Source: Amoebidium appalachense (taxonomy: Eukaryota > Protista > Ichthyosporea). Taken from it: DNA of 64,000 nucleotides. Made by a program: the position numbers and the translations under genes. Where the stretch lies: contig CAVNZM010000002.1 in NCBI GenBank assembly GCA_963693365.1, forward strand, positions 9,955,059 through 10,019,058. Direction: 5' to 3'. The notes under the pieces are model-generated. The model made no database searches. It was not told the origin of the DNA and saw only the letters and a program-made list of their open reading frames with translations. Below, one piece after another: positions 1 to 47,112 of this stretch (positions are counted from its first letter, which is position 1; each line of letters begins with the position of its first letter).

Positions 1-758
1 GCGAAGTTCAGTAACAGGAAAACGTGGGGATACAAGTTTAGCACGACGATAGCAACTTTTTTTGGTTACAAAGGGTGCTGTATGGGTGGTGCTATTGTAG
101 TGAAAATCTGCGCTACATGTTTTTACGGACTTGCCTGTGTTTAATGCCCCGGTCTTGTTGCAGTTGACTTTACTCTTTAGGTACTCAGGGGGTTGACGAA
201 TAGCGATAGTGCTTATCCCTCCTCCTATTTTGTGCCTGTTGCATTGTACAACAGGAAAACATCAGGAAAACACTCCAGGCTGACTCACGGTAACACAATC
301 TGGCAGTACCCCCTTTTCCTTAATAACTGGCTCTTGGGCATCGTTCTTCTGTGTTGCTTTCTTGGATTGTCGAGGGCTTCTTTTCTATTCCGAACCCCAT
401 TCACCTTTTCGTTTGATAATAATGTGTTTTTTGTAATTACAACATCATTTGTTTTAATGAACCCCCGTGCATTGCACCACACCATACTTCGTTTATCACC
501 TTTTCGGTTGTGAAGAAAGGGGAGTTTTTATTGTTAGCTCTAACGTCATACGAGTTATTTACCTGGTGTGCTGCACCCACACCATAATTCGTCGTTAGAA
601 AGTATGTTGGTTTTTGAGAGGAAGAGCCGCGGCACATTTGCCATCATGGTCTAGCCCAAAGTATTTCTACATGTGGTGTAGAAATAGTATTAAGACATGT
701 TCATTCGACGCGATTTTTCTTGCATTCTCTAGCTGACACCAAGGTGCCTGCAGGGAGA

Positions 759-18387
<17,629 letters not shown>

Positions 18388-18746
18388 AACCTTATAGAAT
18401 GCCATGGAATTGTGGCACGTGATCACGTGTTGTGCTTGTGGTGAGCATGGGAATATTCGTGAGAGGTGTGCTGGGGAGGGGGGGAGGGGGGAGGGGGGGG
18501 TCACCTGAAGGGGAACAGGAAGGGGGCAGGGTTGGGGGGGGGGAGGGAGGGAGGAGGGGGGGGGGGGGGGAGGGGGGGGGGGAGGGGGGGGGGAAGGAGG
18601 GGTTGTAATACTTGGCAATGACGTTGTTGGTATAAAACCAGGGAACATTAACGGCGTTCTTGGAGGTATTCTGATAGTTGAGGTGTACGTGCGGAAGAGC
18701 TGGCAAAGTTACACACATGCACAGTGTCTTGCACACACCCACACAT

Positions 18747-18823
<77 letters not shown>

Positions 18824-19628
18824 AAGCGTAAGCAACATGGACGCGTCCACACGTGTGACACAAATACACTCGTGCACACACCCACACACTTGCTCTCTGT
18901 GTCTCCCTCTCCTTCAACATCCACACAGCCACACATACGGCAGCATGTGGGGGCATCTGGTATGCCTGCAAACCGTAATTCTACGCATCATAGAATGACT
19001 CCTTGGCATAGACACATAAACAAAAAACCCTGTGTTTTGAGATTTCGGATTCCTGGAGTCTAGAGACGCAGGTTGCTCTTCCTCTTTTTAGCCTATTTAA
19101 ATTTAAATGCATAATGACATTGCCAGAAGAAAAAAAAGGAAAGGAAACACGGTTGACTGAGAATGGTTACCTATTAACAAGTTTTACGCCATGGATTACT
19201 ATGTATAACTTCAGCGTTGTGTTGCTTTTAAAGATTCGTCTTGCACCTCACAGCAACGGGTGTCGATATTATAGATATATTATCAGATAGTTTGTACAGG
19301 CATAATCCTAGTTTTTTTTATGGCCACTGTGTCAGTTGATACGTGACATGTGTTCAAAAGAAAGGAGAAATGTGATGTACCGACCGAGAATCTCGCAATA
19401 AATTTAAGCAGTGCCCCCCCCCCCCCCCCTCCGCCCCACTCTCCCCGCCCTCCAACCCAACCCATTTATAAAAAAAAAAACAGTGACACACACATGTTTA
19501 CACACAGTGACCACCACGACCATTAATGACTTGGCATCACCACAACTTCCACCAACAGCACCACCATGATACCCACGCATGCACACACACACACACGGCA
19601 CACACACACACAAACACACACACACACG

Positions 19629-19660
<32 letters not shown>

Positions 19661-20799
19661 CACACACGATAACAAATGAGGAAAATTAACACTGGCTATG
19701 CTACACTGCCTATGCTAACACTGCCTTTGCTAACACTGCACACTCACTCTGGATTTGACTGCTCGTTTCTGCCCTCTGAGCACGCTGCTCAAGTTAACGT
19801 TTTATACGCCTTTTTTATGTGCATGTGAGCATGCAAACGTGCTACGTGCATTACAACCCCCCCCCCCCCCCCTCCCCCCTTCTCCCCCCCCCCCCCCCCC
19901 CCCCCCCCTCCCCCGTCAAGATTTCTCTTCCCCACTTCACACGCACGCACGCACTGCACCTACCAAGCCCGACCATGACCACCACAAAATAAGAATAGAA
20001 AAAAAAGAAGCATGTAAATACATAACAGCAAGATCACACCAAGAGCACTCGAGATGGATCAATGGTTGGGCTGTTCGAATGAGTGTCGTTAAAGGATCAT
20101 TGAGCTATGAAAGGGGCTTATTTTCTATTTTATTCCCACCTTTTTTTTTCAGTTTTACTATTCCGACTCTTTTTTTCAATTTAGTAATTTTTGCGTTATT
20201 CTGGCTTTTTATTTTTTTGATTAATGATTTTCCCATTCCCCTTGAACCGGCGGCGTACTAATAGTATTAGCACGTGAATTGAGATTTTTCCCTCCACAAA
20301 ATTTTTGATATTAGCCTGGTGGAACCCCCCCACCCCCCCCTCATCAAATAAAAAAAGGAGAGGGGGGGGGGGGGGGGGGGGGGGGATATAAGACATGAGG
20401 CCATGGTCCCCGAAAATTAAGATAAATAGACCATAGCCCAAGTACCCATGATCTTATTTTCAGTCAGCTCCTGTACTTGTTTAAAACTATCAGTTATTTT
20501 CTGAAAAACAGGCTAAATACGCCCGAAAATGCATACGTCACTCCCGGCGGACCCTTTACGTAACACGTTAAGCCAAGCATGTGTATCCTTTGCTTTTTAT
20601 TGGCTGACAGCATCTCACGGAGACCTGCAACAGTCAGAGCTATGTTTTACAAGTGTTTCTCGAAACTTCTGGAACCAAATGGATCCGTCAAATGCACCGG
20701 TCATTCATATAAATCACCAATTTGATATCATATCTACGTATCAACAACTCCAATGAATGAGGCGAATAGGTGTATGGCATGCAAACCTGTGTCATTGCC

Positions 20800-20880
<81 letters not shown>

Positions 20881-20902
20881 ACTATGTGTGTGTGTGTGTG
20901 TG

Positions 20903-20944
<42 letters not shown>

Positions 20945-21150
20945 CTGTATGCGTTTGTGTGGCCCCACAAATCCAGGTGACACACTGGGTGCATGTGCAT
21001 GTGTGTACGGGCAGGCACGCAAAGTTTGTGTGTTGCATGTTTTGTGCATGTGCATCTCTCTCTCTCTTTTCTTCTATTTCTTTCTTTTTTTCTTTTCTTT
21101 TCTTTTTTTTTTTGAAAAAACAGCAGTTAACTCAAGACAAGATAATGCAG

Positions 21151-25947
<4,797 letters not shown>

Positions 25948-26715
25948 TTTTTTCCTTCGTGTCTGTAATCCTATTTTTCGTGGGTACGTCAAATGTCAGC
26001 TGCTCCCTCTTGGCAGGAAGAACAGTGTGGAAACGTTCAGCACGAAGCAAGCTACCCAAGCAATCTCTATGTTGGCTCAAACCTTAGTAACAACGAAACG
26101 TCAAACTCAGTCTTTGGTAGAAGATTATCTCCTCTCCACTCTTTCTCCGCTTTCACAGTGAAATAACTTTAGAACGCTACGCTTCAACTAACAAATGCTC
26201 TACCCCTCTATAAACGTGTCTTCTGCGTTTTTAAGGTTCCTGTCAAGAAATGAAAAACCCATGTGGCTTTCACGGTGGTGTGGCGCCGGGCCGGCAGCGC
26301 ACAGACACAAGATCTTTGATGTCATGTCAGCCAATCAAATGCGTGCACGCCTGATGAAAGGTTGATTAGCCTTATAAGGCTCGTGCGCCCAACTCAGTAG
26401 ACCTATCCGGAAAACCATTCGAATTCAGCGGGCGTTTTTCTTGTACATAGGACTAACCGGTAATTACATCATGGTAAAACTCACAAAAATAAGGAAAGGA
26501 GGCCTAATGTGGGGGCGAATCTTATAGTCCTATTCTTTTTGATTTACATCGTGTACACAGGGCTCAATGCAATACATACGGTGCCACACACGTACATCAT
26601 GATGTACACTGCAGTGCATGCGGACAGAGCACGTGCACAGTGTCTGAGAGTGCCGCATGCATCAAGTATTCCGTCTCCTAGTGGTTTGGCCGTATTCCTA
26701 AAAAATCTAATCTGA

Positions 26716-27215
26716 CCCTGCCCCTGAGGGTACCGACGAGTCCGAGTTGACCACTGCAGCCTTCACCATGGTGCCGGCCAACATCAGCACCATGCGTGAC
26801 CGTCTTTACACCCTCGGTGTCCAAAACCGAAGGATTCCCGACATGCTCTTCATTGGCCGTCGCTACACAGTGTTCATTGTGTTCATTGTGCGTGCCGGCT
26901 ACCGTGATACGCTCGTAAGCATCATCCAACGTGCTACCGACGCCACCTTTCTCGCAGACTTCGATCCTACGGCTCCCTACAACACCACACTTAACCGTGC
27001 TGACGCACTGGCAGAGGCCGCTGCCCGGGCCTCTTGGCAACGCTGGGTGCTTGCAAGAATGACCAACGCCCACGCCTGGGCTGCCAAGGCAGCCACACTT
27101 TACCCGGCACACGACAGCCGGGTCAAAACAGCAGCTGAGGTGCGTGCCTACTGGGAGACTCAGCACGTGCAGGTCTTCAGCAAGCCCTACGACCCCACCG
27201 CCGCACCAGCCAACT
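26716..27215 (+). mobile_element. Fragment resembling ORF1 of fungal/protist L1-clade (Zorro-like) non-LTR retrotransposons
   Basis: Open frame ...ISTMRDRLYTLGVQNRRIPDMLFIGRRYTVFIVFIVRAGYRDTL...FLADFDPTAP... matches, from memory, the 'R..LY.LG....RI.DI.FIG....FLV...Y....FDP..P' pattern of such ORF1s. No clear start codon context, no microsatellites, and abuts gag fragments. Family assignment is pattern recognition only. Confidence 0.45.
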
Positions 27216-27605
27216 CCCAGTATTTGAAGCCAAGTCCCAGCAGGGGTCCATGGGTACGGAGGCCGTGGTGGAGACGAGGGCAAAATGCACCTCTTTGCCA
27301 GACTTGGTGCTGGCACGGTGACGACGGGCAATAGAGCAGCCAGGTTTGTCACACTGTGTGACATGATGGTTCTCATGACAATAGGCACAGTCGAGGGAGC
27401 CAGTGGTCTTGGCACGGGTCTGGTGGTGATGACGGTTACCCCCTTTACGTGGGGGGTAGGGTGACCGGGAACGGGGACCGGGGGAACGGGACCGGGAGTA
27501 ATCACGGTCAACTGAGGGGGATCTATCGTTGGGACGACCACGGGGTTGACGGGAGACGGAGCTGTCACGCCGGGGGATCCGGTGACGGAGGTCGTCCTTG
27601 TGGAG
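27216..27605 (-). mobile_element. 3' part of Ty1/Copia-like gag (RS-rich linker plus CCHC zinc knuckle), inverted relative to the 5' part
   Basis: Minus-strand frame ...RSRSPGPRSRSPYPPRKGG...CAYCHENHHVTQC (CX2CX3HX4C) followed by EVHFALVSTT...PCW, typical of the gag-protease junction. Left boundary approximate. Confidence 0.7.
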
Positions 27606-28540
27606 GATTTTTAACACACGTGTTTTAACATGACACCTCTGTGCACCGTGACTCTGCTCCCTTATACCCGTACAAAACAACAGGTTATGCCAGTGGGCCC
27701 AGTTTTCGCACGCTCTCGCAACACATTTTCTCACTGCAATCGAAAATATTCAAATTTGAATACCGATCTGATTCCTCTCCCGCACATCATCTGACTGATT
27801 GATCAACATGTCGGAAAAGCCCGCGTACCTCAACCTCACCCCCTGGAAAGGGGAGGACACCATGGACAAGAAGTCCGGCAAACGTCTCACCTATTATGAG
27901 TCAGGAACCCGTCATCTTCCGGTACCTACGTACTACCATCGCGGCCAAGTTAGTGCCCGTCATCAAGGCCCCCGAGTGGGTCGATCCTTCTGACGAGAAC
28001 AAGTGGCATGGCTATGACACTGAGGAAGACTACACCGAGGCTTCCAACTTCCTTGAACAGATTACTCAACTCGTCTCCAATGATGAGCTGTATAACTCTG
28101 GTCAAATCCACGATGATGTGTCCCCCGCCCAAGCTTTCCACAACCTTCGTAATACTATGACCTATGCGGCTGAACGTGAAGATCGTGCTCGTCAAATCCT
28201 CCTCGACTACCATGAGCTTGCAATTGAACTCAAGGACTTCAAGACCGTCACGGAGTACCTCACCATGGCACGCCGTCTGTGCACTACCCTGCACATCCTC
28301 GATGAGCCCATCCCAAGACCATCATGATGGCCCGATAACTTCTTCATCCACCTCAAGAAGAACCGTTACGGTAAGCTGGTTTGTTCCGACATCCAGGCCA
28401 TGATTGCCGACTACTTCCGTCGTCACATCAGCTACGACACCTACAACCGTCTCATCAGTGACATCCGAGCTGCAGAGATCCGTGAAGGTCTCATCGACTC
28501 TGGGTCCGGGTCTTCCTGTCCTCCGTCCGAACAGCACGTG
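27606..28540 (+). mobile_element. Degenerate Copia-type LTR retrotransposon 5' part: LTR 3' end, PBS and disrupted gag
   Basis: ...AACAACA (ends 27682) is followed directly by GGTTATG[CCAGTG]GGCCCAG at 27683-27702, the copia internal-tRNAiMet PBS GGTTATGGGCCCAG with a 6-nt insertion. ATG at 27808. Gag-like SPAQAFHNLRNTM...RARQILLDYHEL...TVTEYLTMARRLCTTLHILDEPI. Frameshift near 27900 and in-frame TGA at 28325. Confidence 0.75.
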
Positions 28541-30450
28541 CCCTGCAAAGCCGTGTTGTTCACGACACATGAAAGATTTCAAACAACAATTTTTATTGTG
28601 CTCTCAGTTCTTTTTTTGTACTTGCTACTTGTCATCTTATCTCAATTAAAGGGGAAGAACCAATCGGTTCTATCAGATGATAGAAAAACACATTCCGACA
28701 GAGCATACGCATTCCAACTTCCGACCTATTACTAAAGCTTAGAAACTCTTACTTAAATAATTTAAGTAATTATACATCTTGTCACTATTAATACACATAT
28801 ATATTTATAATCGTCTCTATAAAGAAACTCATTTAAATACATATATTTCCTAATAGTCGACACTCTCAAAGTGAAGACACCTTACGATAAACCGAATCCC
28901 ATACATCTCTATTGTCTCCAATCATAACACATATATTAATAGACAGGAATGCACAACACGATCTATAGATGTACTCACTCGCGACTATTGGTGAGTCATC
29001 TTATTGTGAACTAAAACTAAGCCATTTTGAACTGAAACAAAGACAACGAATGTAGCTAGCCAATCACGCTACCTCTTAGATAAACAGAGGAGAGCAAACA
29101 CAAAATTTAAATACAATAAGTTCTATCAGGCAAGAGAGCCAGGTGTGCACAGATCTACAGAAGTCTGTGCACACAGAAACAAGGGAGAGAGAGAGATACG
29201 GGGGGGGGGGGGGGGGGGGGAGAGAGAGAGAGAGAGAGAGGGAGAAAAGGGAGAGAGGGGGGAGAGCACAAAGAAGGAAAGCAGACACGATTACAAACAA
29301 AGCTAAGACACATACATACTTCAAGGCTCTTGCTGTCCTACGTAGTGACGTATTCCAACACCCCACCCCTTCCCTCGAGGATGTGTTCCATTGTGAATTC
29401 CAACCCCCCCCCCCCCCCCCCCCCCCCCATAAAAAAAAAAAAAAAAAAAAAAGACATACACACACACAGGTACATAACCCCGTCGATGGGGAAAAGATAG
29501 TGCGGTTGACCACACGCGTACGGGCACGTGCACATTCGAGGCTCAGGCGGCCGGAGGTAACACGTCATAGTACACGTTTGCGCACACACGCACAAACATT
29601 ATCTATAGATACATTCTTTACAAAGACAAGCATATACACATACAGAGGCCGTCCTGAAACCAGCGCCGGTGGCGCCACGGCACCACGGTTGAAACACAAC
29701 TGCATGCCCAAATAGACTCGTGCACACGCCAGCCCACACGCCACACGCCTCTGAGTCATCTCAAGTCCATCTTTTGAACACGGTGGCATTCGTATCACAC
29801 AGAATAGGAATACCAGGTATTCAATTTTCAAAGTTTATACACATTAAATCATGAACAGAAGAATCACACTGCGTTATAAACGACAGCTATCACATACGTG
29901 ACAACAGCAAAAATAAATGTATAAATTAACATTATTGATCAAATAGTTGGAGCGCACTATGACACAGCAGCGTTACTAGAGCATACAACATACGTTAGAA
30001 ATCACATACGCGGAACCAGCTAAAATCAATACATTGAACCCTGGTTTAAATAATGTAGCGTTGGGGTCTGTTTTTAAATTAATTTAAACCTAAATACGGC
30101 TGATACTAAAACGAAATTTGGTTGTATTCCATTACGTGCATGCAATTTGTCTTGGGGATATACATACACTTGAATTCACGACCTCGAGATATACCGATTA
30201 AACCCCTTCTCCCCCCCCCCCCCCCTCCCCCCCCCCCCAAAAAAAAAAACCCTGAGGCTATTAGTCTCTGTGCTTGGAGTAAACAGCATAAACCCCATAT
30301 ACACAGCATTGAGAAAAGGAAACACGAGACTCAGCCCTTGATAGTGTATTCAGATTAGGGAAGAAGGGGCAAACAGAGCAAGGAGAAAGCTAAAACAAAG
30401 ACCCGAGAGAGCAGAGTTCGTTCTTATCTAATACAAAGCCTATCAGCTTT

Positions 30451-31737
30451 CTAAACAAACCTACTAGTGGTGCTAATTCTTATAGGTTGAGAAGGGAGAA
30501 CAGACACAGTAACCCTCCTCCGGTTTCCCATGGTTGCCTTTGGCGCCATGCCCGCAATCTCAGCTACGGGTCCAGCCACTTTCCTTGGCGACCCCTCCAG
30601 TTCCTCCGACACCTCGTGAATGGTTACCCTACGCGCCCTTCGCAATAACCATAACTCGCGCTGTTTTGCTTCGAAATCGTCAACGTTCAAAGTGTCATCG
30701 TCGTGATCTGCCCCCAGCTGAAACACAGGCCTATTGGTATTCGCCTGCTTGTTTTCACTGTTCACGTTGTTGTTCTCATTTACGTTTATATTCAACGTGT
30801 CTGATTTGCTTCGCTGATGCCTCCGTCGCTCCTGCTTTTGCTTAAACGGATTGAACGGCTGTGCTGGTTGCGTGGCCTTCCCTTCGACATTTTCGCGCAC
30901 ACAGGTTGGATCCGCTTTACCGTTTCGCTCCTCTTTCTCTACAGTTACACCTTCCTTAACCCCTATCTGGTTCAACAAGCACACTGCCACCTTTTCCCCG
31001 TCTGTTTTTACCGATCCCGATTCCTCGTCCAAGGTGGCCGGGATCCTGTCCTCAATGTGTCTTTGGTGTCCGTCCAAGTCAAACACTAGGTGCTCTCCGT
31101 CGATATCTCCTTCCCCGTTTCCGTTTTCGTTATCTGCAAGCACGTGCTCCCCCGAGGGAATATTTCTATCGTTCGCACTCACACTCGCGTTATTAGCCGT
31201 CAAGGCGCCGGACCCTACGCTTGTTCGTGAGCCAGTTCTACTTCTACGCCTGTAACGCATCTGCAAGCCCGGATTATCATCCTGCTCGGAAAGATACTTG
31301 CAGATGTCAACGTAGTCATCCTCCAGCTTATCCACTTTGTTCAGTGTAAGAGGTTCGCTGTAGTTGATGTTATGGCCACATTCAGATGGCGCCAGAGCAC
31401 AATAGCTAGCGCTCCGGGCACGTTCGCGTATCATGCCTTGGCTAGGGAGGGAGTTGGCTCGAAAAGCAACGCCCCGAACATCGTCAAGGGAATGAACCCG
31501 CGAGCCCGTAAAGCTCCCCTCTGAGCCTGCCGGTGCTGTCCCGGCCCTCTCTCTACCAACAGTCACCATTCCTGTGGAAGAGCGAACTGTGTAGCTGGCA
31601 CACGTGCTATCAAGCTCGTTTAAACTGCGCGGGCTGAGAGAACGGTGAGTGTGGACGTCGCTGAGCTGCGAGGTGGTGGTGTCATGGTCTCTCGCGTCCA
31701 GTCTTCTGGACGGCACCTTGCTAGCATTGGAACCCAT
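30451..31737 (-). CDS. Single-exon 428-aa hypothetical disordered protein with predicted N-myristoylation
   Basis: Long ORF free of simple repeats. Starts MGSNASK (MGxxxSK). Contains many basophilic phosphomotifs (RERARSAS, RRRSRTGS, RRHQRSKSD, RRVTI, RRRVTV) and an NPF motif. No recognisable domain. Confidence 0.8.
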   Translation of the reverse strand: MGSNASKVPSRRLDARDHDTTTSQLSDVHTHRSLSPRSLNELDSTCASYTVRSSTGMVTVGRERAGTAPAGSEGSFTGSRVHSLDDVRGVAFRANSLPSQGMIRERARSASYCALAPSECGHNINYSEPLTLNKVDKLEDDYVDICKYLSEQDDNPGLQMRYRRRSRTGSRTSVGSGALTANNASVSANDRNIPSGEHVLADNENGNGEGDIDGEHLVFDLDGHQRHIEDRIPATLDEESGSVKTDGEKVAVCLLNQIGVKEGVTVEKEERNGKADPTCVRENVEGKATQPAQPFNPFKQKQERRRHQRSKSDTLNINVNENNNVNSENKQANTNRPVFQLGADHDDDTLNVDDFEAKQRELWLLRRARRVTIHEVSEELEGSPRKVAGPVAEIAGMAPKATMGNRRRVTVSVLPSQPIRISTTSRFV

Positions 31738-32359
31738 AGTCAGGGTAGTTCAGTAATAACAAGTGAAGGGTGCTTTGCATGGTGGGTGCTCTGGAAGTAA
31801 GTGTTGTGGTTGTAGCTCTTACAAGAACTGAATGGGAAGTAAAAAGGGGGATACCGTGGTAAGTAATAAAAATGAAAAATCAGTGCTTCAGTGGTCACTG
31901 TTACAGCTACGAAAGGTACAGAAAAACAGCTTGATCTGGAAGCGCCTACATAATAGTAGTGCAGCAACACGAGTAGGCAAACAGAGCAACCTCAGCCCCA
32001 GAACGAGTGAGCGCGCAGCGACCAAAGAAGACCCTGCTGAGCATAAAAGTAAGAATAAGCGCAGAAAGGGTAGGTAAATCGCTTTAGGTGAACGAACGAG
32101 TGGTGTCACTGGTGTGACGACGTTTCGACTTTCATGTTCACGTGAGCTCCGTTCAGCTCTAATCATGCTTTGAAACGATGAAAGCAAGCCCAAAAAGGGC
32201 TACAAAATTGCTTACATACTACAAAACAAATACTGTAATGTAGAAATTTTCGTACTATAAAAGAGAGAAAAAAGTTGGGTTCAAGCCCTAAAACAACTGT
32301 AAATACTAAGTTGTAAGAAAACTTTATGCTCCCTGAATCACTGATTTCCCTGTGACTCG

Positions 32360-32445
32360 GCGCCAATCATCTTTGGCTGTCGCAATTGATAACCATCTAC
32401 AACCAATCGGAAACCGTTACGTAACAACAAGTATTATGACGTCAA
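32360..32445. promoter_or_regulatory. Candidate promoter motif cluster between divergently transcribed genes
   Basis: CCAAT at 32363 and 32403, palindrome GTTACGTAAC at 32416-32425 (PAR/bZIP-type) and TGACGTCA (CRE) at 32437-32444, all within 85 nt of repeat-free sequence. Confidence 0.5.
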
Positions 32446-33289
32446 ATTTACACACTGTGCGTGGTGCTTTCCGCAAAGGTTGTTGATTTCACAATATTCT
32501 GCTTTCTGCTCCCTAGAGATATGTTCGAACATGTATTGTGCAAACATATAAATTTAAAGCCGCTAAAGCTTTATCACGTCTTTCCCCCCCCCATAAGTTT
32601 CCTCCCATACAGGGCGGCTATATATAATGCGCAAATGACTATAAATATACATACATGTACATGCATAAAATTTACACGGTTACCCTAATGTATTTCGGTA
32701 TCGACATTCTTTACTCCCTCGTTGATATACTCAGCCAACTACTGTTAAGAAATTTACGAGGTGCTAACGGTAACAACTGGATCGCTGCTATAGTACAGTA
32801 CGGTGGAAAAGGGTGGAAGGTACGTTAGGTAAACTTGCAGCCTAGCAACGAAAGAATTCACAGTAAGCTTAAAGGATGCCCCTATGCACAAACACGGCAT
32901 CGTGAAGAACATATGCGGGGAGGCATAGCGAGGCTTACAGTCACGGGGTGCCTCTACGATTTTGTCGCACGAGCACGCTGGCCGGAAAAGTTAGGGGTTC
33001 AGATATAACGTGATGACTGTGTTACATTAGCCGCTTTATAGCTGGTTTGAATCGTTCTATCAATCACCCTATTCAGGCTGAATTCGAAGGGAAACGAAAT
33101 CTTACGGCTGTAGTTCCACGTCTACGTTGTGTTTTCACACAAATTTTATTTCTCCTCTCCGGGCCCTTACCATTGATCATTGAACCTTGTCAGTGGTTGA
33201 GCTGCCTGCCTGGTATGTAATGACAAGGGTTGCACGGCCTGGCTGCCCGCTTTGCCCCCCCCCCCCCCCCCCCCCCCCCCTCCCCCCTC

Positions 33290-33326
<37 letters not shown>

Positions 33327-34104
33327 CGCCTCCCCCCTCCCCCCTCTCCCAACTCCGTTTTTCTTCCTCCTAACTCCGTTTTTCTTTTCGTTCTCCCTCA
33401 CTCTCTTTATCTCCCCCCCCCCCCCCCCCTCTCCCTTGCCCCTTTCCCCTCGCCCCGTCCTTGCCTCTTTCCCTCTTTGTCCGTTTTTCTAACCTCCCCG
33501 GGGGGGGGGGGGGTGTGCCCCCCTCTCTCCCGCTCTCCCTTCACTCCTCCCCCTCCCCCCCCCCCCCCCCCCCCACTTTCCGCTTACTCCCGGCAGCCCC
33601 TCCCCTGCCCTCCACATTCCCCTCTCTCACTTGCGTTCCCTAACGGTCTGCCCCCCCCCCCCCCCCTCCCCCTTCCCCCCACTTTTCCGTCCTCGCCTTC
33701 CTCCTTCCCAATGTTTTTACACACCTATTTATCTTGTCTTCCCCCCTCCCTCCCCCCCCAAAAAAACCTTTCAACCCCCACCCCCGAATTCGTTTGTTGA
33801 AGCTTTCCCTTGTCTTCCATGCGTCAGCCCAGGAAAGGGGGGAGGGGGGGGGGGGGTTGTCCGTTTTTACTTTTTTCGTGAACGTTACACCTTCACACAT
33901 CATACAGCCCTCGCTCAACAATTTCACTTTTCTGCTGGCCCCCCCGCCTTTCGAATGTACACTTTTATTCCCAGCCCCGCCCGCCCCCCCCTCCCATGTG
34001 TGCCTTGCTCATGTTGCATATTTGAATGTTTGCCTTTGGATGTGTCTTGTACTGTGTTTCTCATCGCGTAGTTCTACTTCGTACCGTGCCCTGCATCTCT
34101 CTTC

Positions 34105-34144
<40 letters not shown>

Positions 34145-34236
34145 CCCACCTCACCTCCCCGCCCCAGGCGGCCCGCCTGCCCGGTCACCCTGCTTGCCTG
34201 CACAACTGTCTGTTTTCTGATTCCTTTTTTTTTTTT

Positions 34237-34289
<53 letters not shown>

Positions 34290-34718
34290 GCCATGCCTCC
34301 ATGCTCTCCCCCCCTCCCCCCCCCCCCCCTTGTGACGCATTCCCTCCGCCCCCCACCCCAAACCCATTCATGCTCTCCCCCCACAAGCCCCAGTTTAAAA
34401 AGGAATCTGCAATTAGTTGTCCGTCGTGAGTGTGTACTACGTACTCTGTATTGCATGTCAAATCACCGCCCCCCCTCTCCCTCCCCCCAACCTTCCCTCC
34501 ACACACATCCCCTTCCCGCTTACTCTTTTCCTGCTGCGTAAGGCTCCCCTGCCCTCTCCCCCTCCCCCTCTCCACCGTATAATGCATACATCATGCCCCC
34601 CCCCCTCCCCCCCCCCCTTCTCCCTCTCTTTCGATGGCCCCGTGTGCTACGTACCTACCTGACCTGATTTCTATTCCCCCGTTTTCACCCAAAACATGCA
34701 AGGGCATGCTCTGCCCCC

Positions 34719-34758
<40 letters not shown>

Positions 34759-34840
34759 CCTTTGCCCCCACCCCCACCCCCGGACACCCGCCCCTACCCG
34801 CTTTCCCTCAAGCATGCCTGCCTTGTAGCCGCACCCCCCC

Positions 34841-34874
<34 letters not shown>

Positions 34875-35118
34875 CCCCCTCCCCTCCCCTTCTCCCTCCT
34901 CTCCCTCTTCCCCCTCTCCGGGGAGATTCCCCTCTCTTTGAACCTACCTAAACTTTGTATCAAGTGTGTTTGTTGGTATTGACGATGGAGAAATCAAGGT
35001 AACACGGTCAATGGGCAGTGTGTGAGTGGAGTTGGGGTATGGACCGTGTGAGGGAGAGGACAAATGCCTGCACACTCACCAGACCAGCACGGGGACTCTG
35101 GGGACGACACCCAGGACC

Positions 35119-35160
<42 letters not shown>

Positions 35161-35293
35161 TGTGTGTGTTCGTGCGTGTCAGTATGTGGATGTGGGTGCG
35201 TGGGTGTGTGGTTGCATGAGGGTGGATGGGGGTGTGGCTGGGTGGGTGGGTGGGTGGATGGGGGGGTGGGTGGGTGGGTAGGTGATTAGGTGT

Positions 35294-35340
<47 letters not shown>

Positions 35341-35645
35341 TGTGTGTGTGTGTGTGGGTGGGTGGGTGTGGGTGTGGGTGGGTGGATGGGTGAGTGAGTG
35401 TGTGGGTGGGTGGGTGGGTTGTGTGTGTGTGTGTGTGTGTGTGTTTACATGTACGTGTGTTGTGTTGCTGAGGCGGGGGGAAGGGGGAGGGGAGGGGGGG
35501 GGGGACAAAACGAGGGTTGATCGGTAGTGATTATGTTAATCTTAGGGAACGGACCCCGGGACTATTCTTAGCTGTTATAGAATCTGCTCAAAACTTCCAA
35601 GAGTGCACCGTAATCGTGGACATCGGCACACAAGCCCCCCCTGTG

Positions 35646-47112
<11,467 letters not shown>

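Noticed and set aside
26678-27568. 296-aa Pro/Val-rich minus-strand ORF
   Set aside because: It is an alternative-frame or antisense shadow of the GC-rich retroelement fragments and has no motifs.
34985-35119. Upstream coding exon or start codon for RSBN1
   Set aside because: The ATG-containing frames do not join in phase with the open frame of exon 35581-35671. It is left as possible 5' UTR.
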